Below are positions 1-16,562 of a DNA stretch of 64,000 nucleotides, piece by piece (within the stretch, counting starts at the first letter, position 1; each line of letters opens with the position of its first letter). The stretch comes from Camelus ferus (taxonomy: Eukaryota), in assembly GCF_009834535.1 (NCBI RefSeq), contig NC_045710.1:18662001-18726000 (forward strand), in the 5' to 3' direction. A program made the translations under genes and the position numbers. Under the pieces are notes generated by a model. That model was given only the letters and a program-made list of their open reading frames with translations. It made no database searches and was not told the DNA's origin.

Positions 1-64
1 GGAAAAGATACGAATGCTAAAACAATGACTAAGAGAAAGAAAGAGAAACACAGAATTGCTAAGA

Positions 65-265
65 GGTGGCACAGCCCAGAGTTTCAGGGTACGGGTCCTA
101 ACTTCATGCTACCTAAGTTTAAATGCAGGCTCTGCAACTCACCAGATGTGTGACTTCGGAGTTTCAGAATCTCCGTCTGTAACATGAGACTGATGAGAGG
201 CCCTCTCATGGGGTGCATTGAGGGTTAAATGAGACAAGACGTGTACAGCGCAGCACCTGGTTAAG
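65..265 (+). mobile_element. MIR SINE remnant
   Basis: MIR core-like text (ggctctgcaactcaccagatgtgtgac...gagggttaaatgag...gcacctgg); boundaries approximate. Confidence 0.55.
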
Positions 266-594
266 GCATTTTCCTTCCAGAAGTTTTTCTAGACTGCTCT
301 GCGGTAGCTTCACACATCCTGACATCCTGGTCTCCCCACCTGGATACCATCAAATTGCTTTCTCCTCCCCATCTGTTTAGCACCAGGACCTAGCCCTACA
401 GGAGGCACCAGAGTAATTTAAATAGCTCAGAACTGTCAAAACCTATCATCCAAGCTTAATGTGTTACCATCCACTAGCAGTTGCCTTTTAAAAGAGGATG
501 TTTGTAAACTACATAGAATGATGCTGGTGGTAGCAGTTCAGGCGTAAAGGGGAAGCACCTGCCAGATCCCACTAATATACTCACTCATCATTGG

Positions 595-1155
595 TCAACT
601 GTGATGGTGTGAGAAACATGTCTACAAATTCTTTTTTGTGGGAAATAGCTGGAGTCAAATTTGCCTTTCCTTGTGTATGATTCGGACTTAGAGACTCACA
701 TCTACTAAATAGCTGAAATGATACTACACGACTTCCACGTCTAGATCATAAAAGGCAACATGATTTACACCTGGTTCATCTCTCTTTCTCTCTCTCTCTC
801 CCTCTCTCCATGCAGATATGCATCTCTGAAGCCCTGAACCTCCATGCAGGAAGTGTGCCATGCTGAAAAGACAATGTAGAGAAACCACATAGAGATAAGG
901 ATGCTTGAGCCGTCCCAGTTGTGCTAGGTTCCAGCTGCTCACTTCCCTGCCTGAGGGCCAGACAGGTAAGAGAGAAAAACTCCAGATGATTCCAAGCCCC
1001 AGCCTTCAGCTGCCCCAGCCAACACTGCTGGAGCAGAACTGAACTTGTCTCTGCAGCCCTGCCCAGACTGTACACTCACAAGCAAAGTCAATGCTATTGT
1101 TTTCAGCCACTAAGTTTTGAGGTGGTTTGTCAAATTGTCATAAGGATTAGAACTG
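595..1155 (+). mobile_element. MaLR LTR (MLT1-type)
   Basis: MLT1-like motifs: ccagatgattccaagccccagcc, cagccctgcccagactg, ttttcagccactaagttttgaggtggtttgt; subfamily not resolved. Confidence 0.6.
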
Positions 1156-1164
1156 GCTTCTTGG

Positions 1165-1285
1165 CAGTCACACAGGGCCCTGCTCTCAGAAGGGCTCTGG
1201 GCTTAGTTGTGCTCTGCTGTCTCTGTCTTGAAATTCTTAATCTTATTTTTGTCCTGGGCCCTGAGAAGTAGGACCTGGTCCTGAA
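1165..1285. mobile_element. MER53-like hAT MITE
   Basis: cagggccctgctctcagaagggc...tcttgaaattcttaat...gggccctg...ggtcctg resembles recalled MER53 consensus. Confidence 0.55.
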
Positions 1286-1369
1286 GCCTGCCCACATGAA
1301 TTACTCTCACTCTCCTCCTCTTGGTCCTATATAACTGTCACATGCATGCAACTATTCAGCATGTGCAGT

Positions 1370-1960
1370 GGACAGAGAATAGAACTGTGGAACATAGCCA
1401 GGCCTAGGTTCAAATCCCAGCTCCACCACAGACTGTCTCTGCAACCTTGGGTAAGTTAATTATCCTGCATAATGGAGATAATAACAATATTTACCTCACA
1501 GAGTTACAGTGAATATTAAGTAGAAAACAAATTACTCAAAAAAAAAAAAAAGAAAGAAAGAAAACGAATTACTCCTTGCACAAGCTAATACAGTAGTTCT
1601 CATTCTTGTCCCTGCCTCTGCTATCTTCTCAATTTAAAGAATCCTCCATACCCACATCAGAGTAATCTTCCTTTGCTAGCATTCCACTGCTCCAAAAACT
1701 TCAATGGCTGCCTACTTCTGTTACAATGCAGTCCTCACCTGGACATTCAAAGCCTTCTACAATCAGATATCAAGTTACCATTTTAGACTCACCTTCCAGT
1801 GTTCCATTATACTAACACTGTCTCAAACAGGGGGTTACTGGAGTCCCCTGAAGTACTTTTCACTTTCAATTTTCAGTGCTTTTGCCCAAGCTGTTCTATG
1901 CTCTACCTGGAATATCCTGGGCCCTCCTGACAACCTTAACATCCTAGTTCATTATAACAA
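1370..1960 (+). mobile_element. MIR followed by L2 remnant
   Basis: ggttcaaatcccagctccaccac...ttgggtaagtta...aataacaatatttacctcacagagtt (MIR), then L2 3'-like pyrimidine-rich text. Confidence 0.5.
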
Positions 1961-2319
1961 ATAATTGCATGTAGACTTTTAGTGTCATCTAAGTAATATT
2001 CTCTTAAGTAATGCTTCCAACTGTGACATTTTTAGTATAGGTAACTCAACTGTATTATTTAAAGGAAGTCAGGCTAAGGCACCTCAAGCAACATGTAATG
2101 AGTTTGGTGTGATAGTGATTTGTTCACACGTACACATCTCTAACTATTTACAAAAGCTTTTATATGCAACAGGATTAAAGCAGTTATTGAACCACTGCCT
2201 GTCAAATAAAAATGTTCCTAATAATTTTCAATTACTATAATGTACATAAACATAATGACCACCACATAAATCCACCACAACTGTTAGAGTTGTGACATAA
2301 TTCAATAGAGTTATTCATA

Positions 2320-2320
<1 letters not shown>

Positions 2321-2369
<49 letters not shown>
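2321..2369. repeat. (CA)n microsatellite, about 24 units
   Basis: Direct reading. Confidence 0.95.
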
Positions 2370-2374
<5 letters not shown>

Positions 2375-3239
2375 TTCACTATGACCTTCTGGCCTCTGAT
2401 TTTTTTCAAGCCTTTGCACCAGTGCACAGGAGGAGAGCCTTGGCGTTAAAACTCCGATCAAATCTGGCCTCTCACTGTGCTAATGGTATGATCTAGGCAG
2501 GTGTCAATGTCTCTGAGCCCTGGGACCTTCACTGTAAAAAACATGGATAGCAGTATCTATCTCTTAGGGGCTTGGAGAGGATGCAACGGAATAATGTAGG
2601 TTGAGTGGCTGGTAGCAAGCCGATGCTCCTTGCGTATTTCAGAAACTCTGAGATGTCGCAGGGGCCTTTTCTTTCGCTTAACTTCCCATCCAATGCAAAA
2701 ATTGCTTGCACAGTATCCTTGTCAATGGCCATCAGCCTCCGCTGGACTCTCCAGGACAGGAGCCTAGCACCTCACAGGTCATCCATTCCATTTTTGGCTA
2801 ATGCTAACTGTCGGAAGTTATTTTGAACTGAATCCTCTCCTTTATCTCTCTGGTGCCCCTGTAACTCTCAGCACCGCCCCCGCCCCCAAGAGAAGAGGCA
2901 GTGGTGATACAGCCAAAGGGGTCCCACACCTGAGAGCTCCACTTCCAGCTAGTAATAACCTCGGCCCCTCTGCAGTCCCTCTTTTCCTCGTGTGTCAAGA
3001 GAGAATGAAACGCCTGCCAGCCTCCCCCACCCCCACGCCACTCCCACTCCACCCCCCAGCCCCCAACCCAGGACCGTCAGAGCGACGAATGAGACACTGG
3101 AGGGAAAAGCGCCTGGGGGATTATGAACCCCCTTCATCACAGCGAGGGAGCTCAGACTCGATTTCTGAGGCCTCCCTTTACCTGCTCTCAGGAATAACCT
3201 CCTCCAAGAGGCGCCCAGAGGAGAGAACCACCTCTCTGG

Positions 3240-3670
3240 CGGCATCCGAGCCGCAGGAGATGCAGTGGGACTGCAGCCTTCAGCATCTGATCCAGAGGCC
3301 CAGAGGCCGCCTTGGTCCAGGGTCCCGCCCCGCGGCGCGCGCGTCCCCGGCTGCCCGTGGTGGGGTCCCTGGCCCCCACCCCACCGGCCCCGGGCCGCCC
3401 TCCGGGGCTGGGCTCGCACCCACCTGCGGCGGCGCGGCGCGAGCCGGGTCCGGCTTGGTCGTCGCTGGAGGCTGCGCGCCGCCGCGCCTAGGCTCCCGCC
3501 GCCGCCCGGCCCTCCCCCGGGCCGCTCCACGTGGCCGCTCCACGTCGCCCTCCTGGCCGCGGCCGCCGCCCTGGCCCGGGCAGAGTCCGGAGAGCCAGCG
3601 GCCGCGGGCAGGGCCCCCGCCCCGCGCGGACAGGCCCGCAGAGCCGGGCCCTCCAGACTGACACCCAGCG
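3240..3670. promoter_or_regulatory. CGREF1: CpG island, likely CGREF1 promoter
   Basis: Very GC/CpG-rich; GC boxes; CCACGTGG at 3527-3534; about 4.5 kb upstream of the ABHD1 ATG, where CGREF1 starts on the opposite strand in human. Confidence 0.65.
3424..3500 (-). other. CGREF1: Probable non-coding exon 1 of CGREF1; 1-3423 would be intron 1
   Basis: Minus-strand donor CCGCAG|GTGGGT at 3424/3423 inside the CpG island; synteny (CGREF1-ABHD1-PREB-PRR30-TCF23). No CGREF1 coding exon seen in the window; TSS coordinate approximate. Confidence 0.55.
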
Positions 3671-3677
3671 AGAATGC

Positions 3678-3719
3678 GTGTGTGTGTGTGTGTGTGTGTG
3701 TGTTTGTGAGAGAGAGAGA
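3678..3719. repeat. (GT)n/(GA)n compound microsatellite
   Basis: Direct reading. Confidence 0.9.
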
Positions 3720-4657
3720 AAGACACGGACAACTGGAGAGACAGAGAGGCAAAGAGACAGATGAAGCTGGTGTGGAGAGAAGTTCGGTGATGCTGGGGAT
3801 GCCGCTGCCTGCGGGGACCCAGATGTGTGACAAGAGAGAATGCAACTTACTGTTAGGGTGTGTGATTGTGACCGGTGCATGCTGTGTGTCTGAGGGACTT
3901 GTGACACAGTAGGGGGTATTTTGGGTGGCTGTGTATCCAGTATGACAGTACCTGAGAAGGCATGGCCAATGGGTGACTGATTGTCCGGGTGTGACAATTC
4001 AGGATGTTAGTAGTGTGTGTGTTAGGGTATGTGGGTGAACTCTTCCTGAGTTGTTTGTGATGCTCAAGTGACACCTGTGACTGACTGCTGGTTTCCTGTG
4101 AAGGTATCATTATGTGACTGTGACTGCACATCACTGAGAAGTGGCTCTGTATGAGACATGGCAGGTGGGGTGAGAGGGGGCCTGGGAAAAGTATCATCTT
4201 AAGGGTGACAGTGGCATTTGTTTGCCAGCGTAGTGTAGCAGTGTGTGGCTATAGATTTGTGGTCAAATTGCACTGTCACCTTCTTTTGTCACAGTGGCCA
4301 GTTCCCCCACCTACGCTTCAGACTACATTCTCACCCACTGGCCCAAGGACTATTTCTCTGAGCGAATGACTTATCTCTCTGGAATCTTCAACTTCTCCAT
4401 TACCTCCTTCCCATCAACATCGATTAGAACAACAAACGCACTTCCATCAAGGTCACCTTATCTTCTTGCCTGTGGTGGACAGGTGGACGAGTGTTGGACA
4501 CTACCTCCTCAGATCATGGTATCATCGGTTTTGGCAACACCATTCCTCTCTCTAGTCATTTCTTCTTAGTTTCTTTAAGCGTTGGTGTTCCTTTGGGCTC
4601 TCTCCTCACTCTCCATCTGTTCATGTGTTCATCTATTCATGTAGCTTCTGTTATCTC

Positions 4658-5722
4658 TTATGGGTTGAATTATGTCCTTCAAAAATTCATGTGTTGAAGT
4701 CCTAACCCCCAGTATCTCAGAATGTGACTTTATTTGGAAATAGGGTAATTGCAGATATAATTAGTGAAGATAAGGTCACACAGGAGTAAGATGGGCCCCT
4801 AATCCAATATGATTGATGTCCATATTAAAAGGGGAAATTTGGAGACACACACACACACACAGAGAACAGCATGTGAAGATGCGGACAGAGATTGGAGTGA
4901 AGCTTGTACATGCCAAGGAATGTTAAAGATTCCCAGCAAACTGCCAGAAGCTAGAAGAGAGGCATGGAACAGATTCTTCCTCACTGCTCTCAGAAAGAAC
5001 CAGTCCTGCAGACACCTTGAACTTCTAGTTTCCAGAACTGTGAGACTGTTAGGCAGTGAGATAGAAATGAGCACTGGGCAGGGAGAGAGGGAGGGGAAGG
5101 GAGCAACCCAGAAAATAGCAGTATGCCTGCACTCAGCATAAAGGGCTCCAAAAACTTTCTCTAAGTGAGGGCCAGCAAAGAAGCCAGGTAGGATCCAACA
5201 CTGCAGCCGCGGCAGCCGCACAATAGAGAGAGGGACCTGGCTCAACCTGACCTAATGCTCATTGTAATGTAATTAGCATTACAGTTTGAGCCCCCTCTGG
5301 TGGGTTTCTCTGTGTGCTTCAAGGGTAAGAACCTGCCCAAAAGGGGATGGGCGTGTCTGAGCGCAAGGAACCTGAGCTGTCAGTCAGCCTGAGCATTCAA
5401 AGAACCTGAGCCACAAATCACAAAAACGCCCCTGAGCCAGGATATAAACAGGAAAAAAACAAAGGAATGGCACCATTTTTCCTCTCTTAGATTGACCGTC
5501 TCCCAATTCTCGGGAGTGTACTATCTTTTACTACCTTTTTACTTTACTAATGAAATCTTGTTTATATCACACTTTCTGTTTCTTGTTAAAAATTTTTTTT
5601 TCGGGTGACTAAGAACCGAGGTAATTCTTATTTCCTTCCTCCCAGTAACAAGACAATAAATTTCTGCTGTTTAAGACAACCAGTTTGCAACACTTTGTTA
5701 TGGCAACCCTGCAAGCTAATGT
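4658..5722 (+). mobile_element. MLT1B/C-type MaLR LTR, split by a younger LTR at 5047-5650
   Basis: Starts tatgggttgaattatgtcc...gaagtcctaacccccagtatctcagaatgtgac; resumes after the insert with aataaatttctgctgtttaag...ttgttatggcaaccc. Confidence 0.8.
5047..5650 (+). mobile_element. Solo ERV1-class LTR
   Basis: TG...CA termini (tgttaggc...gtaaca); 4-bp TSD AGAC at 5043-5046 and 5651-5654; TATAAA 5443-5448; repeated CCTGAGC motifs in U3. Confidence 0.85.
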
Positions 5723-5829
5723 ATCATCTAAATGCTGATAACGACCATATCTCAAATTACAATCTCTGAGCCCCAGACCACTTCAAGAACTGAACAGCCT
5801 ACTGATTTGTGCTTGGATCTTAATTTTTA

Positions 5830-6240
5830 GAGGTGACTGAGTGACAACACAGAGAAGTTAATGCCATTGAAAGAAAAGTTAATGTTACAGTTCCCTTAGA
5901 AGAGGCATAGCTTACCACACAGGACCACAGAAGGAAGCAAGGTCAAAAGGCAGAAAGGAGCAAGGGGAAGGCATAGGCCACAGCACTTATTAAGCTAGAA
6001 AAGCAAGACAGGACAGTGTAAACAGTTTAGGATTGGCTAGTTTGAATAATTTCAGAGGGCTTTAAGGCATATGGGCTATCCCTAGGTGTCTGGTCCCTAG
6101 CCCTGGGTTCATTTAGGACAAGGGAAATATTGGTTTGGTATATGAGATTTGGATAAAGGAAGTGGTTCAGAGTATGGACTCTGGATCTCAGGGGAGATGT
6201 GAACAACTTTGGCTGTTAGATTGTGATTAATGGATGCCAA
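5830..6240. mobile_element. Ancient ERV LTR-like fragment
   Basis: Resembles old ERV LTR text (aggattggctagtttgaataatttcag); family not resolved. Confidence 0.35.
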
Positions 6241-6299
6241 ACAGAAATTTGAAACCTAAGAAAACAATTAGAACACCAACCAGAACCCCACTGTCTATG

Positions 6300-7195
6300 T
6301 GTCTGAGTCAGAATGCATCATCTTCCTCCTTAAAACTTCCCTTCCCCTGGTTTTCCAATTTCAGGAACAAGCACCACCATGCATCCCTGAATCTATGCAG
6401 ACCCCAGAAATCTGGGGGTCATCCATGATTCCTCCTTCTTCCCCCACTTCCAACCTACTACCAAGTCCTATTAATTCTACTTCCTATCTTAAAGATCTTC
6501 ACTCATCTCCCCAGCTTCCCCCAGTCCAGACAGCCACGGTCCATGCCAAAGTTCTGTTAACAGCCTAACTGACCACTCTACTTCCATTTTCATCCCCCTC
6601 CAATTCATTCTCCAAGTAGCCTGGATAATTCTTCTAAAACATAACTCTGATCATGTTGCCCATTTCTTAAGATTCTTTGATGGCTTTCCTCTACTCTTAG
6701 GATAAACTCTAACATCCTTTATGCAGCTGCCCACAACCTGGTTCTTGACCATCTCAGATGATCCAGCAACACCAAATTTCTTTTGATTCCTTTAAGAAGT
6801 CTCTCACATCCAGGCTTTTGCTTGTCCTGTTCCCTCTCCTGGGACAACTACTCTCTCCCTTCCTTCACCTTGCCTTGGAAACTTGTGCTTATTTATTTAT
6901 TTCACCTTAAATGTATTGTCATTTAACATCTGGGTATGCTTTCTCTGATCCTCAGAATCTGGGCACCCACCCCAGGGCTCCCACCGCAGGAGTACTTCCC
7001 TTATCTAGCACCAAGCTATACTGCAGGGGTTCAAACCTGACTACACATTTGCAGCTTCTAGAGAGCTTTGAAGTTATATTGCTACCTAGGCTCCTCTCCA
7101 GACCAACTCTATAAGGGGGTGGGGCCTGGGCACTGGGGTTTTAAAAACTTCCAGATGAGTCCAATCTTCAGTCAAGGTTGATAGTCACTGCTCTA
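6300..7195 (+). mobile_element. L2 remnant followed by MER5-type DNA transposon (about 7025-7195)
   Basis: L2 3' motifs (aaatctgggggtcatcc, aaaacataactctgatcatg); MER5-like ggggcctgggcactggggttttaaaaacttccagatga...cactgctctag. Confidence 0.55.
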
Positions 7196-7489
7196 GGAGA
7201 TTACTAATTTGTTTCCACATCCCAAAGAAGATAGGAACAGAATCCGTTGGGGTATCCCACGTGCCTGGTACAGAGTGGGGTGATGAGTAAATATTTGTTG
7301 TACTTGTGATAGGGATGTATGAGACAGCGTAGAGTGACTTTAACCTATATGTGTGACTCCATGTGGAATGCCACTCAGCAGCTGAAATGTGACTATGTAA
7401 CACTGGGGTGTCACAGTGTGAACAACGTATCCAGTGTGTGAGGATCACTGTGAATGGCTGAACACTGTGGGGCTGTAGGGTTGTCACCA

Positions 7490-7975
7490 CGTGAGCGGCT
7501 GCGTCCTTTGTGTGACTGACTGGCTGGGGAACTCTGGCCAGGATGCCTGACTCGCCGCGCCAGGGCAGAGTTTGAGGAGGAAGGAGCTGGAGCTGCCCCT
7601 CACCAAGATGGCGGCTTTGGGGGAGGCCACTAGTCTACAAGGGGCTGCCACCGGCCTGCGAAACGTAAGCAGAGGCGGAGCCGCGGCTGGGGAAGCCTTT
7701 GGCTGGTCACTCGGTTCAGCTCCGGGAAGGGCGGCGGGCGCAGCCGGCCACCCCAGCAACGTCCTGGCACCGCCCCTCGCCACGCCCGCCGCGGGGAGGC
7801 GGGACGGTGGGCGGAGCCCGGATCCCCAAACCGCCGAGCAGTGGAACCGGAACCTACACAGGCCGTCCAATGGCGTGTAACGGGCGGGGTCCAGCGCGCA
7901 CCTGCCAGGTGACTAGTGGAAGTTCAGGCACTGGAGCCAGTCAAGAACTTGGGAGACAAAATCCCCGACCACAAT
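7490..7975 (+). promoter_or_regulatory. ABHD1: ABHD1 CpG-island promoter
   Basis: CpG-rich; YY1 consensus CAAGATGGCGGC 7604-7615; GC box about 7808; CCAAT 7866-7870; directly upstream of ATG 7976. Confidence 0.7.
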
Positions 7976-12890
<4,915 letters not shown>

Positions 12891-12929
12891 CAAGAGTACC
12901 ATTTGGGGTCTCAGTTCAGTCTTCCCTTG

Positions 12930-12938
12930 TTTATTAAA
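12930..12938. terminator. Overlapping opposite-strand poly(A) signals: AATAAA (-, PREB, 12930-12935) and ATTAAA (+, ABHD1, 12933-12938)
   Basis: Sequence TTTATTAAA, 40 nt after the ABHD1 stop and about 625 nt after the PREB stop. Confidence 0.85.
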
Positions 12939-13559
12939 TAACAACTTTTCCTGCCAAATGGACTGAGGTTCATTTTCCCTTTTCTCGAGGCTAGGGTAGA
13001 CTATTCAGGAACTTGCTGCATATTTAGCCTGGCTGGCTTGAAGCTACCCAGCTGAACCCAAAGATTACTGCCTGAGTCTTCCTTTTGCCCTTTCCTTCCC
13101 TAATAGCAAGTCCCAGGCCAGTGCCTGTCCCAGCAAATGCCAGGGGCTCATGTGCAGAGCAACTGCCACAAGGCTGTGAGGGGAAGAGAAGAAAAGGGCA
13201 GTTTCTGCAGAAAGGACAGCAGCCTCCAAGTTCCTGGGCATCTTCACACATCTCTGGAGAAAGGACAAGCTCAACTCCAGAGCCTCTGGTAGGCAGAGGG
13301 AAGGAGGCAGGTGGTGTGGGCCGGGCTTGACACCATGGTCCTGGGCGGATCCAAAGGTGATGAATGCAAGGTTCCCAGGACTCAGGGTCACCCACGGTCA
13401 CAGCCAAGCTCTAACTGGGAATGGCAGGCATTGCCCACTAGTCTCATCAGAGGCAACCTCAGCTGTGGACCCAGGTGGAGTGAGCAGTGGAGTCCAGGCC
13501 TCCATTCTGGTCTAGAAGGTGGCAGTGTCTGGGCCCCTGGTTCCCTGGGAGCAGGGAGG

Positions 13560-16545
13560 CTAAAGAAAACCTGGGAAGGCACTCTGGAGCAGCAGGATGC
13601 TCATCACAATAAGCCCGACACACAGTAGCAGCAGCAGCCACACAGGAACAGTCCCTGCAGGAGGGGGAAGGGATGAAGTCAGTAAGCAAAGGGGAGTCAC
13701 AGCCCAAAGAACAGAACCATTCGAGGAGGGGGTAGGTGACTACAAGCAAGCAACCCACTCAGCAGGGGGCAAGTTTTTGCTACAGCTAAAGGTAGGGTGG
13801 TACCCCCTCACCCCAGTGACTCACTTCGTGAGGGCAGCAGGTGCAGCTGGCAGCGACTGTCCACAGCCACAGAGAACAGGGCAGTTTCATGGGACCCAAG
13901 GAGCTCCGGACCACGACCCTTCTCAGGTAGAAAAGCCACATCTGTCACCACAATGCCATGGGCCTCCCTCACATAGTAGAGGCGCTGTGGACAACAGGAA
14001 AACGAGTAAGGGAAGGCCCAGTTGGGAACATTCCTTCTGGAAAATATGCCCTCTGCCCCTAGAAGCCTTTCCCTCTATAGGCTGGGCCAGACCCCTTCCC
14101 ACACACTCAGTGTAGAAGCAAGCCTAGAATCCCCACCCCCAGAGAGTCCTCAGGGCTGTGCCCACCTCCACCCATTACCTGGAGAGAGAAAGCTATGTAG
14201 ATGGCAACAGAGCCAGTGACCGTGCCCAGGCCTAGGAAGGTGCCCGATTCACTGCAACAAACAATAAAGTGCTCACTGTCCTGGAGTCCCATGCAGCAAC
14301 ATTCATTCAGTAACAATAGTCCTCAGGCAGGCAGGCAGGCAGCACATCTTCCCCCCAGGTGCCCCCACACCCAGCCAAGTCACCACAGTCTCACACCTGA
14401 CACTAAGGCAGGAGATGACTTCATGGCCACAGGACTTGGTCTGAAGAGGCAAGAAGGTGGAGCCATCCCAGGCTGTGAGGTAGCAGGGTTGGGGCTGGCG
14501 CAGACGCTTGTGGGGAATCTGCACCGTGAAGAGTCGCAGCCCGGCAGGCTGGTCTGGAACCTGCCCAAACCTGGAGGCCGGGTGAGAGGCTGTTCAGCTC
14601 CTGGGGCCTGCCCAACCTTCCTCGGAGGTTGGTGCCCTCCTGCACCCTGGTCAGGCCCTGGGGGTAATGCCTGAAAAGGCTCCGATCCTTCCCAGCTCCC
14701 CAGTCTCTTCCCACTCCCCATTACAACTAGGCTATGCCTCTTTCAGCCACCCTCTGGGGTCTTCACACCTGCAGGCCTGGTAGCGGTAAGGCGTGTTAGA
14801 AAAGGTGGGTCCATTCTCCTGCCAGTGCAGCTGTGTCACCAGTTGATCCTTCTGCCACACGGAGGCATTAAGGTCCCAGCCCACAGTTACCAACTAGTCA
14901 GGAATCAAGATTCCAAGGATGAACAGTTAGGGGATCCACTTATGGGACAAGCAGCATAATCACCTACTTTCTCCACCCTCTCACCTCCTCACCTTGCCAT
15001 CAGGCCCCAAAGCCAGGTCCTCAATCTCCCCTTCATGGGCTTTGAACTCCAGAACTTTCTCCAAAGTCGGTACCTGCAGCCAAACCACCACCGTAGTTAG
15101 CCTAGTTACCGGGCTAGAGCACAATGATCCCCACCCCTCTCTGCTAACAGCCACTCAGTGCAGTCTTCACTCAAGTTTCCCAGAACCCATGTTCAGTTTC
15201 TCACAACTCTGGCCTTGCAGCTACTGACACTCATCCTCTAACCTCCCAAAACCACACCTTCCAGACACGAACGTAGCCATCCGTCCCTCCAGTGGCAAGC
15301 AAGGTATTATCATGGTTGAAGCATACAACTTTCTGCAGTGGATCAGCGCTGAAGTCTGTCTGCACCGCCTGCAAATTCTCCACACTAAGTTCTACCCCCT
15401 CCTGGTGGGTTTCAGCTCCAGACTTCTTCTCTGCAGGGGCAGCCCCTTTCCTTTGCCAAGGCCCCTGTTCCTTGGAACCTGCAACACAAACAGCCTGCCA
15501 GGTTCCAGGCTTCTAAAGTAGTCATAACCCCTTCTCTAGTGGTGAACATCGAGCGAATTCTCGCCTGTTACGAGAACCTCACCTTCAGCCCCACATCTTC
15601 AGAGACCAAGATGAGAGAGCTCTTACTCATTTAACCCTTTTCACAAAGCTAGAGCAGGGGCTCTCACCTGCCTTCTCTGCTTTGTTTTTGCCCTTCTGCT
15701 GATGGGTCTTGAAGCGCAGTAGCTGACAGTGGGCATCCTGCCCTGCAGCCAGGATATTACCAGCCAGCGCTAAGTTCATGGTGGCCCGAGCCTCAGTATC
15801 ATGGGAGTGCAGTAGGGAGGCGCTGAGGCGCCCATTAATCTGCTCCAGCTGCAGAAAGTGCTGTGGGAGAGGGAACCAGGATGAGCAAGGTTCAGAGGGC
15901 ACCTCAAGAGCAAACTTACAACCTGTAGTCTGAAGGCTTACTGCACTTTGTAGTTCACAAGGCTTTTAAAGATCTTTTTTCTTTTGAGCCTCACAAATCT
16001 GTACAGCAAGCAACGCTGGGATTATCACCTGCAGTTTACAGAATATGGTAACTCTCAGAAGAGTGAAGAAACCAAGCTTATGCTGAACTCTCGCCTCTGT
16101 TGGAGGGCAGACAGGCAAGTCTATGTGGCCTCCCCGGAAAAAGCCAGGATAAGACCCCGGGGGCTGTTCCTGAAGTCGAGTTGAAGCCTTCCTGCCTTGG
16201 CAGTGCTGTGTGCAGTTTCATTTTACCTTAGGATTCTCTCAATTGACCAGTGAGTTCTCGACTGAAGTTCGCGCCAGGACCCCCAGCATGCCGGGGAGTC
16301 GCACCTGGCAGGGACAGGGTCCGCAGCAGAAGAGCGGCCCACACATGAGACCCTCCCAGAATCGCCCTCAGCCCTGGCGTGACCCGGCCCCAGTGGCCCT
16401 GTACTCTCACCACGCCATTCTTTATGCCGGTCTTGGCGGCGCCTCCTCCGCCCGCGGCTATGAGCAGCCCCGCGCTGGGATCGACCTGCAGCGCGTACAA
16501 CGGGAACGGGGCCCGGTACAGCTCTGGCGCCCGGCGCCGACCCAT
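13560..16545 (-). CDS. PREB: Prolactin regulatory element-binding protein / SEC12 (Sar1 GEF, WD40, C-terminal TM), 418 aa, intact
   Basis: Nine GT-AG exons in frame (transcript order): 16545-16411, 15860-15668, 15478-15258, 15073-14993, 14893-14769, 14570-14397, 14251-14179, 13984-13825, 13654-13560 (1257 nt). [23 protein letters not shown]...[14 protein letters not shown]...[27 protein letters not shown]. Confidence 0.98.
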
Positions 16546-16562
16546 CCCGCTCGCCGCGCGTT

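Noticed and set aside
2801-3997. Several 150-300 aa overlapping ORFs on both strands
   Set aside because: Stop-poor GC-rich CpG island plus microsatellite; low-complexity translations with no recognisable domain.
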